A stretch of 64,000 nt of DNA. Source: an uncultured Nitrospira sp. (GTDB taxonomy: Bacteria > Nitrospirota > Nitrospiria > Nitrospirales > Nitrospiraceae). Each line of letters starts with the position of its first letter. Positions within the stretch are counted from its first letter, which is position 1. Both the position numbers and the translations under genes were made by a program. Shown here piece after piece: positions 38,411-48,106 of this stretch. Under the pieces are notes generated by a model. It searched no databases. It worked only from the letters and a program-made list of their open reading frames with translations, and was not told where the DNA came from. Location: positions 41,947 through 105,946 of the forward strand of contig CAZPNQ010000003.1 in NCBI GenBank assembly GCA_964587955.1, given 5' to 3'.

Positions 38411-39952
38411 ATGGATCAGCCGGCCATCATTCCCTGCGAGGATCTCGCGGATCGCTACCAGGCTCTTTTGGAGGTCGCACAAGCGATATCTGCGCAACGA
38501 GATCTCGATCAGCTCTTCCGCGATCTCGCCCACCGTCTCCCTCGGGTCGTACAGGTGAATTTTGTCGATTTGTCTCTGTATGATTCGGTCAGAAAGATCA
38601 TGCGCCTCCATACGATCCAGGCCAATGTGCCGGCTGATTTGGTAGGGGGGCATGAGGTGGCGATCGAGGACTGTCCTGCCGGGGTCGTATGGCAAACCCA
38701 GCAGCCGCTTCTGGTGCCCAATCTATCGGAAGAACACCGGTGGCCGTGGGTCATTGGCGCTATGAAGGAGGATGGGACGAAGTCGTTTTGCTTCGTTCCT
38801 TTGACTACGGCGAGAGGGCGCTTGGGCGCTATGGGATTTTTGAGTTTGCAGAAAGAAGCCTATAGCGACACGGATCTGGAGTTTCTCCAGCAGGTGGCCA
38901 AGCAAGTGGCGGTGGCGGTCGAAAACGCGCTGGCGTTTCAGCAGATTGCCGAACTCAAAGACAAACTGGCGAAAGAAAAGCTGTACCTCGAAGAGGAGCT
39001 TCGTTTCGAGCATGGGTTTGAGGATATCATCGGCGAAAGTAAAGCGTTGAAACAGGTGCTGAAGGAAGTCGAAGTCGTGGCTCCCACCGATTCGACCGCC
39101 TTGATTCAAGGGGAAACAGGTACCGGCAAGGAACTCATCGCCCGTGCCATCCATCGATTGAGCGGGCGCAGCGAGCGTACATTCGTCAAGCTGAACTGCG
39201 CGGCCATCCCGACCGGACTGTTGGAAAGCGAACTCTTCGGGCACGAACGGGGGGCCTTCACGGGCGCCATTTCTCAGAAAGCCGGCCGATTCGAGCTGGC
39301 CGATAAAGGAACGATTTTCCTCGACGAAGTCGGAGAAATCCCGTTGGAATTGCAGTCCAAGTTGCTGCGTGTGTTGCAAGAACAGGAATTCGAGCGGCTG
39401 GGCAGCACGAAGACGCTTCGTGTAGACGTACGGCTCATAGCCGCCACCAACCGGGATCTCAAAAGTTTGGTGGAGAACAAGCAGTTTCGAGGGGATTTGT
39501 ACTATCGGTTGAACGTCTTTCCCATCACACTGCCGCCGCTACGGGAACGCCGCGAAGATATTCCCATCTTAGTGCGGTATTTCACGCAGCATTACGCGGT
39601 TCGTATGAAAAAGAATATTCAAACGGTACCGGCCAAGACGCTCGATAGCCTCTCGCAGTATGCCTGGCCGGGCAATATTCGTGAGTTGGAGAATCTCGTC
39701 GAGCGTTCCGTCATTCTGACGCAAGGGACGGATCTGCAGGTGCCCGTCGGCGAACTTCAGATAGAGAGCCATCGAACACTCTCCTCGACGGCCACACTGG
39801 AAGAAGCCGAGCGCGAACAAATCTTGCGAGCCTTGCGCGACGCCAAATGGGTTATCGGTGGCCCATCGGGTGCCGCGGCCCGGTTGGGGATCAAGCGAAC
39901 GACTCTCCAATCCAAAATGCACAAACTCGGCATAACTCGCCCTCTCGAGTGA
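38411..39952 (+). CDS. GAF-containing sigma54-dependent activator (FhlA-like)
   Basis: GAF domain, GETGTGKE, ESELFGHERGAFTGA, FLDEVGE, WPGNIRELEN, Fis-type HTH. Confidence 0.93.
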   Translation: MDQPAIIPCEDLADRYQALLEVAQAISAQRDLDQLFRDLAHRLPRVVQVNFVDLSLYDSVRKIMRLHTIQANVPADLVGGHEVAIEDCPAGVVWQTQQPLLVPNLSEEHRWPWVIGAMKEDGTKSFCFVPLTTARGRLGAMGFLSLQKEAYSDTDLEFLQQVAKQVAVAVENALAFQQIAELKDKLAKEKLYLEEELRFEHGFEDIIGESKALKQVLKEVEVVAPTDSTALIQGETGTGKELIARAIHRLSGRSERTFVKLNCAAIPTGLLESELFGHERGAFTGAISQKAGRFELADKGTIFLDEVGEIPLELQSKLLRVLQEQEFERLGSTKTLRVDVRLIAATNRDLKSLVENKQFRGDLYYRLNVFPITLPPLRERREDIPILVRYFTQHYAVRMKKNIQTVPAKTLDSLSQYAWPGNIRELENLVERSVILTQGTDLQVPVGELQIESHRTLSSTATLEEAEREQILRALRDAKWVIGGPSGAAARLGIKRTTLQSKMHKLGITRPLE

Positions 39953-40082
39953 CGATTCGTCTTGTCGCCTGTCCAGCAAATCGCCGAAACGATTATGCTC
40001 GGCTCCTTGCACCGGCAGTACTATCGGATACTGAGCGATCTTCATGAATTTACAGAAATCCTTGTGCTTCCGCACCTTCACG

Positions 40083-40240
40083 TGACGAACCATTTCGTCA
40101 TCTGACGAACTCTCGTCTTCTCATCTTCGTCACATCGCGGCTGGCCATGCCAATTTCCGGTAGAAGGGAGATAATTCCATGTAATTACAAACATATAGTA
40201 CACCCGTCATGAAGATCCAAACCTGGAACGCCTCTTGCCA
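40083..40240 (+). promoter_or_regulatory. sigma54 promoter with upstream activator sites
   Basis: TGGAACGCCTCTTGC at 40224-40238 (GG-N10-GC). TGACGAA-N4-TTCGTCA at 40083-40100 and GACGA-N4-TCGTC at 40104-40117. An AT-rich tract lies between them. Confidence 0.72.
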
Positions 40241-40282
40241 TTGGTATGTGTAGTCTCATTCGTAGGAAGCGGAGGTGATGCC

Positions 40283-40423
40283 ATGAAAGATGTGATTCTG
40301 TGGAGCTTGTGGTACGGCATGTTCGCATCAGTACCGATCGTCATGACAAGACTGCTGATTAAGAACGCGATGGCGAGGGCAGTGACACGTCGCCGGGTGC
40401 TCTCACCTGCCAATCGGACGTAG
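40283..40423 (+). CDS. Small single-TM protein (46 aa)
   Basis: RBS GGAGGTG before ATG 40283. MKDVILWSLWYGMFASVPIVMTRLL... First ORF after the sigma54 promoter. Confidence 0.55.
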   Translation: MKDVILWSLWYGMFASVPIVMTRLLIKNAMARAVTRRRVLSPANRT

Positions 40424-40433
40424 GAGGTGTGCC

Positions 40434-40919
40434 ATGTCGTTCTTTAGGACCGATGATTCATGGGCGGGTCTGATATTGCGAGTTGGGCTGGGCGTCGTGA
40501 TCTTTGCACATGGTGCACAGAAGCTCTTCGGGTGGTTTGGGGGATCCGGATTCGATGGAACGATGGAATTCTTCACGCAGAAAATGGGATTGCCTTCGGT
40601 CGTCGCCTGTCTCGTCATCATAGGAGAGTCCTTCGGGAGTCTTGGGTTGATCACCGGGCTTCTGACCCGGTTCACGGCGGCAAGTTTCATTGCGATCATG
40701 GTTGGGGCGATCGCGATGGTGCACTGGACACAGGGATTTTTCATGAATTGGTTCGGACATCAACAGGGAGAGGGTTTCGAATACCACGTGCTGGTCATTG
40801 CCATGAGCGCCGCCCTTGTCGTGATCGGGGGAGGAAAGTGGGCGTTGGACAGTCTCATTGCGCATCGGCTTGAGGCGGGCGAGCGAGCCTTGCGGCCGCC
40901 GGTGATGAAACCTGCATGA
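40434..40919 (+). CDS. DoxX family membrane protein
   Basis: LRVGLG..IFAHGAQKLFGWFGG, GLLTR, GFEY. RBS AGGAGGTG. Confidence 0.92.
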   Translation: MSFFRTDDSWAGLILRVGLGVVIFAHGAQKLFGWFGGSGFDGTMEFFTQKMGLPSVVACLVIIGESFGSLGLITGLLTRFTAASFIAIMVGAIAMVHWTQGFFMNWFGHQQGEGFEYHVLVIAMSAALVVIGGGKWALDSLIAHRLEAGERALRPPVMKPA

Positions 40920-40943
40920 GGTCGAACAAGAAGGAGGTCGATC

Positions 40944-41195
40944 ATGGCAACGGCGGAATTATACGAGAACACTCTGAACCGGCGGGAGATTCCAGCCGGT
41001 TCCACACGATGCTTCAGGTGCACGGGACTTATGGTCATAGAAGAGTCGTTCGATTCCATCTCCGGTAATGCTCATGCCGATTTTCCAGTCAGACGTTGTG
41101 TGCAATGTGGAGAGGTGATCGATCCGGTTATCTTGCACAATCGCCGGCTGCAGCTTGAACACGATCCAGGTGAACTCAGGAACCATGGCCGCTAG
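40944..41195 (+). CDS. Small zinc-ribbon-like protein
   Basis: CFRCTGLM...RCVQCGEVIDPVI. RBS AAGGAGGT. Confidence 0.72.
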   Translation: MATAELYENTLNRREIPAGSTRCFRCTGLMVIEESFDSISGNAHADFPVRRCVQCGEVIDPVILHNRRLQLEHDPGELRNHGR

Positions 41196-41207
41196 AAGAT
41201 TGAACCT

Positions 41208-41534
41208 ATGTTGAGGATCACGGAACAGCGAGGCACAGAGCCGAATTCCTGGTCGGTCGTACTTGAGGGTCGATTGGCCGGTCCTTGGGTTGAAGAGTTT
41301 GATGTCTATTGCCGTCAACTGTCTCAAAACCATCAGTGGTGCGCGGTCATCGATTTGACGGGCGTCACGTTCGTCGATGCCGCCGGAAAGACGCTATTGG
41401 CTCATCTGTGGCAGCAGGGGGCAGAACTGAGGGCATCCGGCTGTTTGACCCGGTGTATCGTGGAAGAGATTACGGAGACACGCAGATGCGGTCCATTGAG
41501 CTGGAATCATGACAAACGGGCCTCACCAGGATAA
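41208..41534 (+). CDS. STAS/anti-sigma-antagonist-like protein
   Basis: LEGRLAGPWV..., IDLTGVTFVDAAG (STAS DxSG loop with Ser replaced by Ala). Confidence 0.7.
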   Translation: MLRITEQRGTEPNSWSVVLEGRLAGPWVEEFDVYCRQLSQNHQWCAVIDLTGVTFVDAAGKTLLAHLWQQGAELRASGCLTRCIVEEITETRRCGPLSWNHDKRASPG

Positions 41535-41711
41535 CGCGATCACAGGTGAGGAGCAGTCTTCGGTGAGTTACATAATCGTTAACACGGCGCGGGCTGGTTT
41601 GTGTTCGACCTTGCCGCCGTTTGAGATGCCTGAGTACAATGCATCGGTTGTTTTGGAGTGGGTACTTTTTTCACAGTCAGCATGAGTAATATGCCGAAGG
41701 ATGGTCAGCCG

Positions 41712-42884
41712 ATGCGATCTGTTGCAGCATGGTTCGTAGCTGGGGTGGTGGCCGTATCCACTGGCTGCAGACAAGAAGCCGGTTCGATGCCTGCGCCGGA
41801 AGTGCAGCAGGTGGAAGTCGTCACAGTACAGATGCAAACAGTCCCCGATGAACCCGAATTTATCGGTCAAGCCGAAGCGTCACGTCCGGTGGAGATTCGT
41901 CCGCAAGTGACGGGAATTTTGAAGGCGGTCTTATATCCGGAAGGCCGTGACGTGAAGAGGGGCGCACGCCTCTATCAGATCGATCCCGTTCCTTTCAAAG
42001 CGGCTGCTGCGAGCGCGAAGGCCAAGATTGCGCAGGCGGAGGCTCGCGTGGTCCAAGCCAAACAGGACCTGGCTCGTGTGAAACCACTGCTTGCAGAACA
42101 GGCAGTCAGCCAAAAAGACGTCGACGACGCCATCGCAGAAGATCTGTCGGCACACGCCGCCCTGCAAGGCGCGCAGGCCGACCTCATCAAGGCCCAATTC
42201 GACTTCGACAATACGCTCATTACGGCGCCTATCAGCGGCATCATTGAACGCAGCCGCTACTATGAAGGGCGGCTGGTTTCGGCTCAAACCGATTTGCTGA
42301 CCACCATTCATCGTGTCGATCCCATGTACGTGGTTGTCAGCGTACCCGAGACATTCATTCTCAAACGGCGGCGAGACATCGAGGCCAAGAGAATCACACA
42401 CCCGGGAGACTACCAATTGCGAGGTCGGCTCACGCTCATGGACGGCACCGTCTATCCGCACGAAGGCGTGCTCGATCTGCTGGAGCCCGGCTTGCGAACG
42501 GAAACCAGTGCCCGTCAAATCAGAATCACGTTCCCCAATCCGCAACGAATTCTGCTGCCCGGGCAGTTTGTCAAGGTTCGCTTCACCGGCGACACGAAAA
42601 CGGACGCCGTGCTTATTCCACAACGAGCTGTGTTGCAAGGTCCTCAAGGTCCTTTCGTCTATGTGGTCAATCAGGAGAACAAGATTGAAATTCGAGACGT
42701 CACGGCTTCCGATTGGAAAGGGGCCCAGTGGCTCATCGATCGGGGGCTCAATACAGGCGATCGGGTGGTTGTGAACGGGTTGATGAAGATCGGTCCGGGA
42801 GCGCCGGTCAAGGCCGTTCCCTGGGCCGCAACGAATGTATCGGCTACAGAGCCCGCTCCCCCCCTTCCTCAGGAACGTTCGTGA
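41712..42884 (+). CDS. RND efflux membrane fusion protein (copy 2)
   Basis: Lipobox STGC, QTVPDEPEFIGQAEAS shared with copy 1. Start uncertain (41658-41712). Confidence 0.92.
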   Translation: MRSVAAWFVAGVVAVSTGCRQEAGSMPAPEVQQVEVVTVQMQTVPDEPEFIGQAEASRPVEIRPQVTGILKAVLYPEGRDVKRGARLYQIDPVPFKAAAASAKAKIAQAEARVVQAKQDLARVKPLLAEQAVSQKDVDDAIAEDLSAHAALQGAQADLIKAQFDFDNTLITAPISGIIERSRYYEGRLVSAQTDLLTTIHRVDPMYVVVSVPETFILKRRRDIEAKRITHPGDYQLRGRLTLMDGTVYPHEGVLDLLEPGLRTETSARQIRITFPNPQRILLPGQFVKVRFTGDTKTDAVLIPQRAVLQGPQGPFVYVVNQENKIEIRDVTASDWKGAQWLIDRGLNTGDRVVVNGLMKIGPGAPVKAVPWAATNVSATEPAPPLPQERS

Positions 42885-45800
42885 TCTCGCACCTCTTTAT
42901 CGATCGGCCCATCTTTGCCTCGGTCGTCTCGATCGTCGTGGTCGTGATGGGTCTGCTCGCCATGCAGTTCCTGCCGGTCGCGCAGTTTCCTGAAATCACC
43001 CCTCCGGTGGTGCAGATCGACGCGGACTATCCCGGTGCCAGCGCTGAAGTGGCGGCCGAAGCAGTGGCCCGCCCGATCGAGGTCATGCTGCCCGGCATCG
43101 ATAATCTGCTCTACTACGAATCCACCAGCAGCAACGATGGGCACGTCACGCTCAAACTGACGTTTGAAATCGGGACCAATCCGGATATTGCGCAGGTCCA
43201 GACTCAAAATCGTGAAAAACTCGCCGAACCTCAGCTGCCTCCGGAAGTCATCCGTCAGGGGATATCCGTCAAGAAGATGTCTCCCGATCTCGTCTTGGTG
43301 ATCGCCCTCAAGTCTACCGACCCCCGACATGATGCCGTGTTTCTGTCGAACTATGCCACGCTTCGACTTGTCGATGACCTCAAGCGGGTCAAAGGCGTAG
43401 GGGATGCGCTGGTGTTCGGCCAGCAAAATTACAGCATGCGGATCATTCTCAATCCGTTGTTGATGGCCAAATTGAGTCTTACGCCGAGCGATATCACGGC
43501 GATCATCCGTGAGCAGAATCGCGACTACCCGTCGGGAACGATCGGGAGAGAGCCGGCTCCGAAGGGAACCGAGCTCACGATCCCGATCATTACAAAAGGC
43601 CGTTTGACGGAGGTGAAGGATTTTGAAGACCTGATCGTGCGCGCCCTTCCGGACGGGTCCACGGTTCGGCTCAAGGATGTGGCACGGATCGAGTTAGGGG
43701 CTCAATCCTATGGGTTGGAAGGTCGATGGAACAGCAAACCAACGACGTTTCTCCTGACATTCTTGTCTCCCGGTGCGAATGCCCTCGATACGGTGCGCCG
43801 TACACGCGCGCAGATGGATGAATTAGCCAAGAATTTTCCACCCAGCGTGTCGTACGACACACCCTACGACACCACGCGTTTCATCGAAGTTTCGATCAAA
43901 GAAGTGGTCAAGACGCTGCTGGAAGCCATGGTGCTGGTGGTACTCGTCGTCTATCTGTTTTTGCAAACCTGGCGAGCGACCATCATTCCCACTGTCGCCG
44001 TGCCTGTCTCCTTGATCGGCACCTTCGTTGGCCTCTATGCCCTCGGTTTCTCTATCAATACGATTACCCTGTTTGGGATGGTGTTGGCGATCGGGATTGT
44101 AGTGGATGACGCCATTGTGGTGGTTGAGAACGTCGAACGGCACATGCGCGAGAACAGACTCGCTCCGAAAGAAGCGGCAAAGAGGGCGATGAGCGAGGTG
44201 ACTGAGCCCATCATTGCGATCGTCTTGGTGTTGGTCTCCGTCTTCGCGCCGGTCGGTTTTATCGGCGGGATCACGGGTGCCCTCTATAAACAATTCGCGG
44301 CCACGATTGCGATTTCAGTCACTGTGTCAGGATTTGTGGCATTGACGCTGAGCCCAGCGCTCTGTGGCGTCGTCCTCACGCCGCGGCACGGAGGGCGGAG
44401 CGGGTTTTGGAAGCTCTTTGATCGGGTATTCAGCCGAATGCAGCAGGGCTATACGAACACGACCGCTGCGCTCATTGTCAGGCCGCTTCGTGTCATAGCA
44501 GTCTTTGTGCTACTTCTCATTGTGTGTGGTGGACTCTTCCAGAAGCTGCCAAAAAGTTTTTTGCCGGAAGAAGATCAAGGCTACTTCATCGTTGTCGCTC
44601 AATTGCCGGACGGTGCATCGAAGCAGCGAACTGTTGCGGTGCTCGAACGGATCGAGCAGTTTTTTCAGAAGATCCCGGCAGTGCATTCGACCGATGCCTT
44701 GGCCGGACAGAATTTTGTCTTCGGTACCAGAGGGCCGAACTCTGCGACGATGTTCGTTCCTTTGGTATTGTGGGATGAACGGAAGGAGCCTCAATATCAT
44801 GCAAAGGCATTGGTCGGCGCGGCTTACGGCGAATTTGCAAAAATTCCAGAAGCCTTGCTCCTTGCCTTCAACGCGCCGTCGATTCGTGGAGTGGGGGCCG
44901 TTGGCGGCTTTTCAGCACAGATCCAAGATCCGAGCAGCGGCGACTTCAAGAAATTCGCCCTCGTGGCGCAGCAATTCGTCGAACGGGCTCAGAAAGAACC
45001 GGCGATCGGACGCGTCGGAACGAATTTCCGAGTCTCCTCGCCGAGACTGTATGCCAACGTGAACCGAGAGCGGGCAAAAGCGTTGGGTATTCCGATTTCA
45101 GATATCTTTGATACACTCCAGGCGTATTTCGGCAATTTCTACATTAACGACTTCGTTAAATTCGGCCGCGTCTATCACGTGCAGACGGAAGCCGATGCCG
45201 AGTACCGATCGACGCCGCAGGACCTCTCGAAAATCTATGTGCGTGCCCAGAGCGGACGGGATGTCAATATGATTCCCCTCGATACCGTCGTCACGGCGGA
45301 ATATCAGAGCGGTCCGGATCCCGTGAACCACTTTAACGGGTATAATACGGCGCTGTTGCTGGGGGCTGCGGCGCCTGGTTATAGCTCGGGGCAGGCGCTC
45401 GAAGCGTTGGAACGGGTGGCGAAGGAAGTACTGGTTCCGCAGGGGTATGCAATCGATTGGAGCAACATTTCATTTCAAGAGCGGCGGGTCGGTGGACAAT
45501 CGGGACAGGTCTTCGTGATCGGATTGTTGATGGTTTTCCTGGTGCTGGCGGCGCAGTTTGAGAGTTGGGTGGTGCCGTTTGCCGTGATTCTAGCTGTTCC
45601 GTTCGGTGTGTTTGGCGCCTTGACGGCGGTCTGGCTTCGCGGGTTCGAGAATGATATCTATTTCCAGATCGGACTTGTGACGTTGATCGGTCTATCGGCT
45701 AAAAATGCGATTCTTATCGTTGAGTTTGCCAACACCCGATATGAAGCAGGCCGTCCTTTGATCGAAGCGGCGATGGAGGCGGCGCGATTGCGCTTCCGTC

Positions 45801-46054
45801 CGATCATCATGACGTCCATGGCGTTCATCTTCGGTATGTTTCCTTTGGTCATTGCTTCAGGCGCAGGGGCTGCCAGTCGCCAGTCGATCGGAACGGGCGT
45901 TCTCGGTGGAATGTTTGCGGCCACCTTTTTGGCAATTTTCTTCGTGCCGTTGTTTTTTGTGTTGCTGAGAAAACTAACCGGGCATGTCGCGCAATCAACG
46001 GCAAACGTAAATCCGCCGGCGATGCCACCCCGCTCCTTGGAGGATCAGTCCTAA
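42881..46054 (+). CDS. HAE1 family RND efflux permease (copy 2)
   Basis: FIDRPIFA, AIGIVVDDAIVVVENVER, KNAILIVEFA. GTG 42881 overlaps the MFP stop. Confidence 0.94.
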   Translation: MISHLFIDRPIFASVVSIVVVVMGLLAMQFLPVAQFPEITPPVVQIDADYPGASAEVAAEAVARPIEVMLPGIDNLLYYESTSSNDGHVTLKLTFEIGTNPDIAQVQTQNREKLAEPQLPPEVIRQGISVKKMSPDLVLVIALKSTDPRHDAVFLSNYATLRLVDDLKRVKGVGDALVFGQQNYSMRIILNPLLMAKLSLTPSDITAIIREQNRDYPSGTIGREPAPKGTELTIPIITKGRLTEVKDFEDLIVRALPDGSTVRLKDVARIELGAQSYGLEGRWNSKPTTFLLTFLSPGANALDTVRRTRAQMDELAKNFPPSVSYDTPYDTTRFIEVSIKEVVKTLLEAMVLVVLVVYLFLQTWRATIIPTVAVPVSLIGTFVGLYALGFSINTITLFGMVLAIGIVVDDAIVVVENVERHMRENRLAPKEAAKRAMSEVTEPIIAIVLVLVSVFAPVGFIGGITGALYKQFAATIAISVTVSGFVALTLSPALCGVVLTPRHGGRSGFWKLFDRVFSRMQQGYTNTTAALIVRPLRVIAVFVLLLIVCGGLFQKLPKSFLPEEDQGYFIVVAQLPDGASKQRTVAVLERIEQFFQKIPAVHSTDALAGQNFVFGTRGPNSATMFVPLVLWDERKEPQYHAKALVGAAYGEFAKIPEALLLAFNAPSIRGVGAVGGFSAQIQDPSSGDFKKFALVAQQFVERAQKEPAIGRVGTNFRVSSPRLYANVNRERAKALGIPISDIFDTLQAYFGNFYINDFVKFGRVYHVQTEADAEYRSTPQDLSKIYVRAQSGRDVNMIPLDTVVTAEYQSGPDPVNHFNGYNTALLLGAAAPGYSSGQALEALERVAKEVLVPQGYAIDWSNISFQERRVGGQSGQVFVIGLLMVFLVLAAQFESWVVPFAVILAVPFGVFGALTAVWLRGFENDIYFQIGLVTLIGLSAKNAILIVEFANTRYEAGRPLIEAAMEAARLRFRPIIMTSMAFIFGMFPLVIASGAGAASRQSIGTGVLGGMFAATFLAIFFVPLFFVLLRKLTGHVAQSTANVNPPAMPPRSLEDQS

Positions 46055-46055
46055 C

Positions 46056-47468
46056 GTGCGTACTGTCTTGATCATAGGGCTCTCATTGCTTCTGCTTTCC
46101 TGTGCCATGGGTCCGGATTACACGCGGCCACAGACCGATGCGGATGATCGCTTCAGGATGGCGGACGGCCAGTCGGATCTATCCTCGATTGCTAATCTGC
46201 CATGGTGGGAGCTCCTGCGTGATGAGCAACTGCAGCAGTTCATCCGAACGGCTCTGGATCACAATTGGGATTTGCAGCGCGCCGTCGCAACCGTCGATGA
46301 ATTTCGGGCGAGGGCGTTGGTCGCTCAATCCGACTGGTTGCCGCAAATCACGGCTGCCGCGAGCATGCCGGCCGGCCGCAAGGCAAACTTTCTCTTTCCC
46401 GGCTTTGCCAGCCCGTTTAATTATTACACGGTAGGCAACCTGGCGTGGGAGGTCGATCTGTGGGGACGTATCAGACGATCCACCGAGGCGGCCCGTGCCG
46501 ATCTGTTGTCCAAGGAAGAGAACAGACGTGCGGTGACGATTCAACTGGTCAGCGCCGTCGCCGAAGCTTACTTCAACCTGCTCCAGTTCGACCTACAGCT
46601 GGATATCGCGAAACGGACGCTCCAGTCGTGGGAGGAGTCGGTGCATATTGCCCAAGCACGGTTGCGTCAAGGGATGACGTCAAAACTGGACGCGGATCAG
46701 TTCGAAGCCGAACGAGCCAATGCCGCGGCCCGCACGGCGGAACTCCATCGGCAGATGGTTCAAGCCGAAAACCAGTTGAGCGTATTGTTGGGGCGCAAAC
46801 CGTTTGCTGTGGCACGCGGACATTCCTTGGACAAGCAAATCATTCCTCCCGACGTTCCGGCAGGGTTGCCGTCCGAGTTGTTGCAGCGACGTCCTGATCT
46901 ATTGGTTGCGGAACAACAGTTGGCCGCGGTCACTGCCCGCATCGGAGCGGCCAAGGCCGAGCGATTCCCAAAAATAACGTTGACCGGACTACTTGGCGTG
47001 GCGCACCCCGAACTATCCTTGCTGTTCACAGATGCCTCTTCTTTCGGTGTGTTCGGCGCCGGCCTAGCCGCCCCTCTGTTGAACGCTCAGGTGCTCGGCT
47101 TTCAGCAAGAGGCGGTGGAGGCCCAAAGCAAACAGGCCTTGGCGCAATACCAACAGACAGTGCTGACCGCCTTTCGAGAAGTCGAAGATGCGCTCATCGC
47201 CGTCCAGACGGCTCGCGTCCAGAGCGAATCCCAACAGCAACAGGTTACGGCGCTGCAATCGGCGCTGAAACTTGCCGAACTCCGCTACAAAGGGGGGCTT
47301 GCCAATTATCTTGACGTTCTCGTTGCGAGACGAAATCTGTTCGAAGCGGAGCTTGCGTGGACGAGCACCCGCCGGCTACTGTTGGCGTCGGTCGTACAGC
47401 TGTACAAGGCACTCGGAGGCGGCTGGTCTCCTGACATACAATCAGCCGAGGCCGGCAAGAAAGGGTAA
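46056..47468 (+). CDS. NodT/OprM family outer membrane efflux lipoprotein (copy 2)
   Basis: LSCAMGPDY, WEVDLWGRIRR, PSELLQRRPD, LYKALGGGW. Confidence 0.92.
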   Translation: MRTVLIIGLSLLLLSCAMGPDYTRPQTDADDRFRMADGQSDLSSIANLPWWELLRDEQLQQFIRTALDHNWDLQRAVATVDEFRARALVAQSDWLPQITAAASMPAGRKANFLFPGFASPFNYYTVGNLAWEVDLWGRIRRSTEAARADLLSKEENRRAVTIQLVSAVAEAYFNLLQFDLQLDIAKRTLQSWEESVHIAQARLRQGMTSKLDADQFEAERANAAARTAELHRQMVQAENQLSVLLGRKPFAVARGHSLDKQIIPPDVPAGLPSELLQRRPDLLVAEQQLAAVTARIGAAKAERFPKITLTGLLGVAHPELSLLFTDASSFGVFGAGLAAPLLNAQVLGFQQEAVEAQSKQALAQYQQTVLTAFREVEDALIAVQTARVQSESQQQQVTALQSALKLAELRYKGGLANYLDVLVARRNLFEAELAWTSTRRLLLASVVQLYKALGGGWSPDIQSAEAGKKG

Positions 47469-47473
47469 GGACC

Positions 47474-48106
47474 ATGGAGAAACCGGCACAGCCCCAATTT
47501 CCGATACATGACCTGCTCGTTCGTCGCTGGAGTCCCAGGGCGTTCGATGAAAGGCCGGTCGAGCTCCGCACGCTGGCGCCTCTTTTCGAGGCGGCCCGCT
47601 GGGCGCCGTCCTCGAACAATGAACAGCCTTGGCGATTTATCGTCGCGACGAAAGAAGATCATGGAGCAGAGTGGGGCCGGCTCTTTGATTGTTTGACGGA
47701 GGGAAACCGGATCTGGGTCATCCGCGCGCCGGTGTTGGTACTCTCGATCGCAAGCCTCAATTTTGAGGATGATGGAAAGCCGAACCGGCATGCCTTTCAC
47801 GACACCGGATTGGCCGTCGAAAATCTTGTGTTACAAGCGACCGCGCTCGGATTGATCGCCCATCAGATGGCCGGCTTTGACGTGGAGAAGGCGCGAACCG
47901 ATCTCCGTATTCCCGCGGGATATGAGCCGATCGCCATGATTGCCATAGGCTATCCGGGTGATCCGGCCGTTCTTCCTGAGCGGCTGAAAGTGCGCGAATT
48001 ACGACCTCGGAGCCGCCGGCCGATTCGCGAGTGGACATTTCTCGGACAGTGGAAACACCCGCTCCCTGGCACTATTGTAGCTCAGGAGGAGGAGTCTCGC
48101 CGATGA
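47474..48106 (+). CDS. Nitroreductase family protein
   Basis: RRWSPRAF, AARWAPSSNNEQPWRF, HQMAGFD, IAIGYPG. Confidence 0.92.
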   Translation: MEKPAQPQFPIHDLLVRRWSPRAFDERPVELRTLAPLFEAARWAPSSNNEQPWRFIVATKEDHGAEWGRLFDCLTEGNRIWVIRAPVLVLSIASLNFEDDGKPNRHAFHDTGLAVENLVLQATALGLIAHQMAGFDVEKARTDLRIPAGYEPIAMIAIGYPGDPAVLPERLKVRELRPRSRRPIREWTFLGQWKHPLPGTIVAQEEESRR

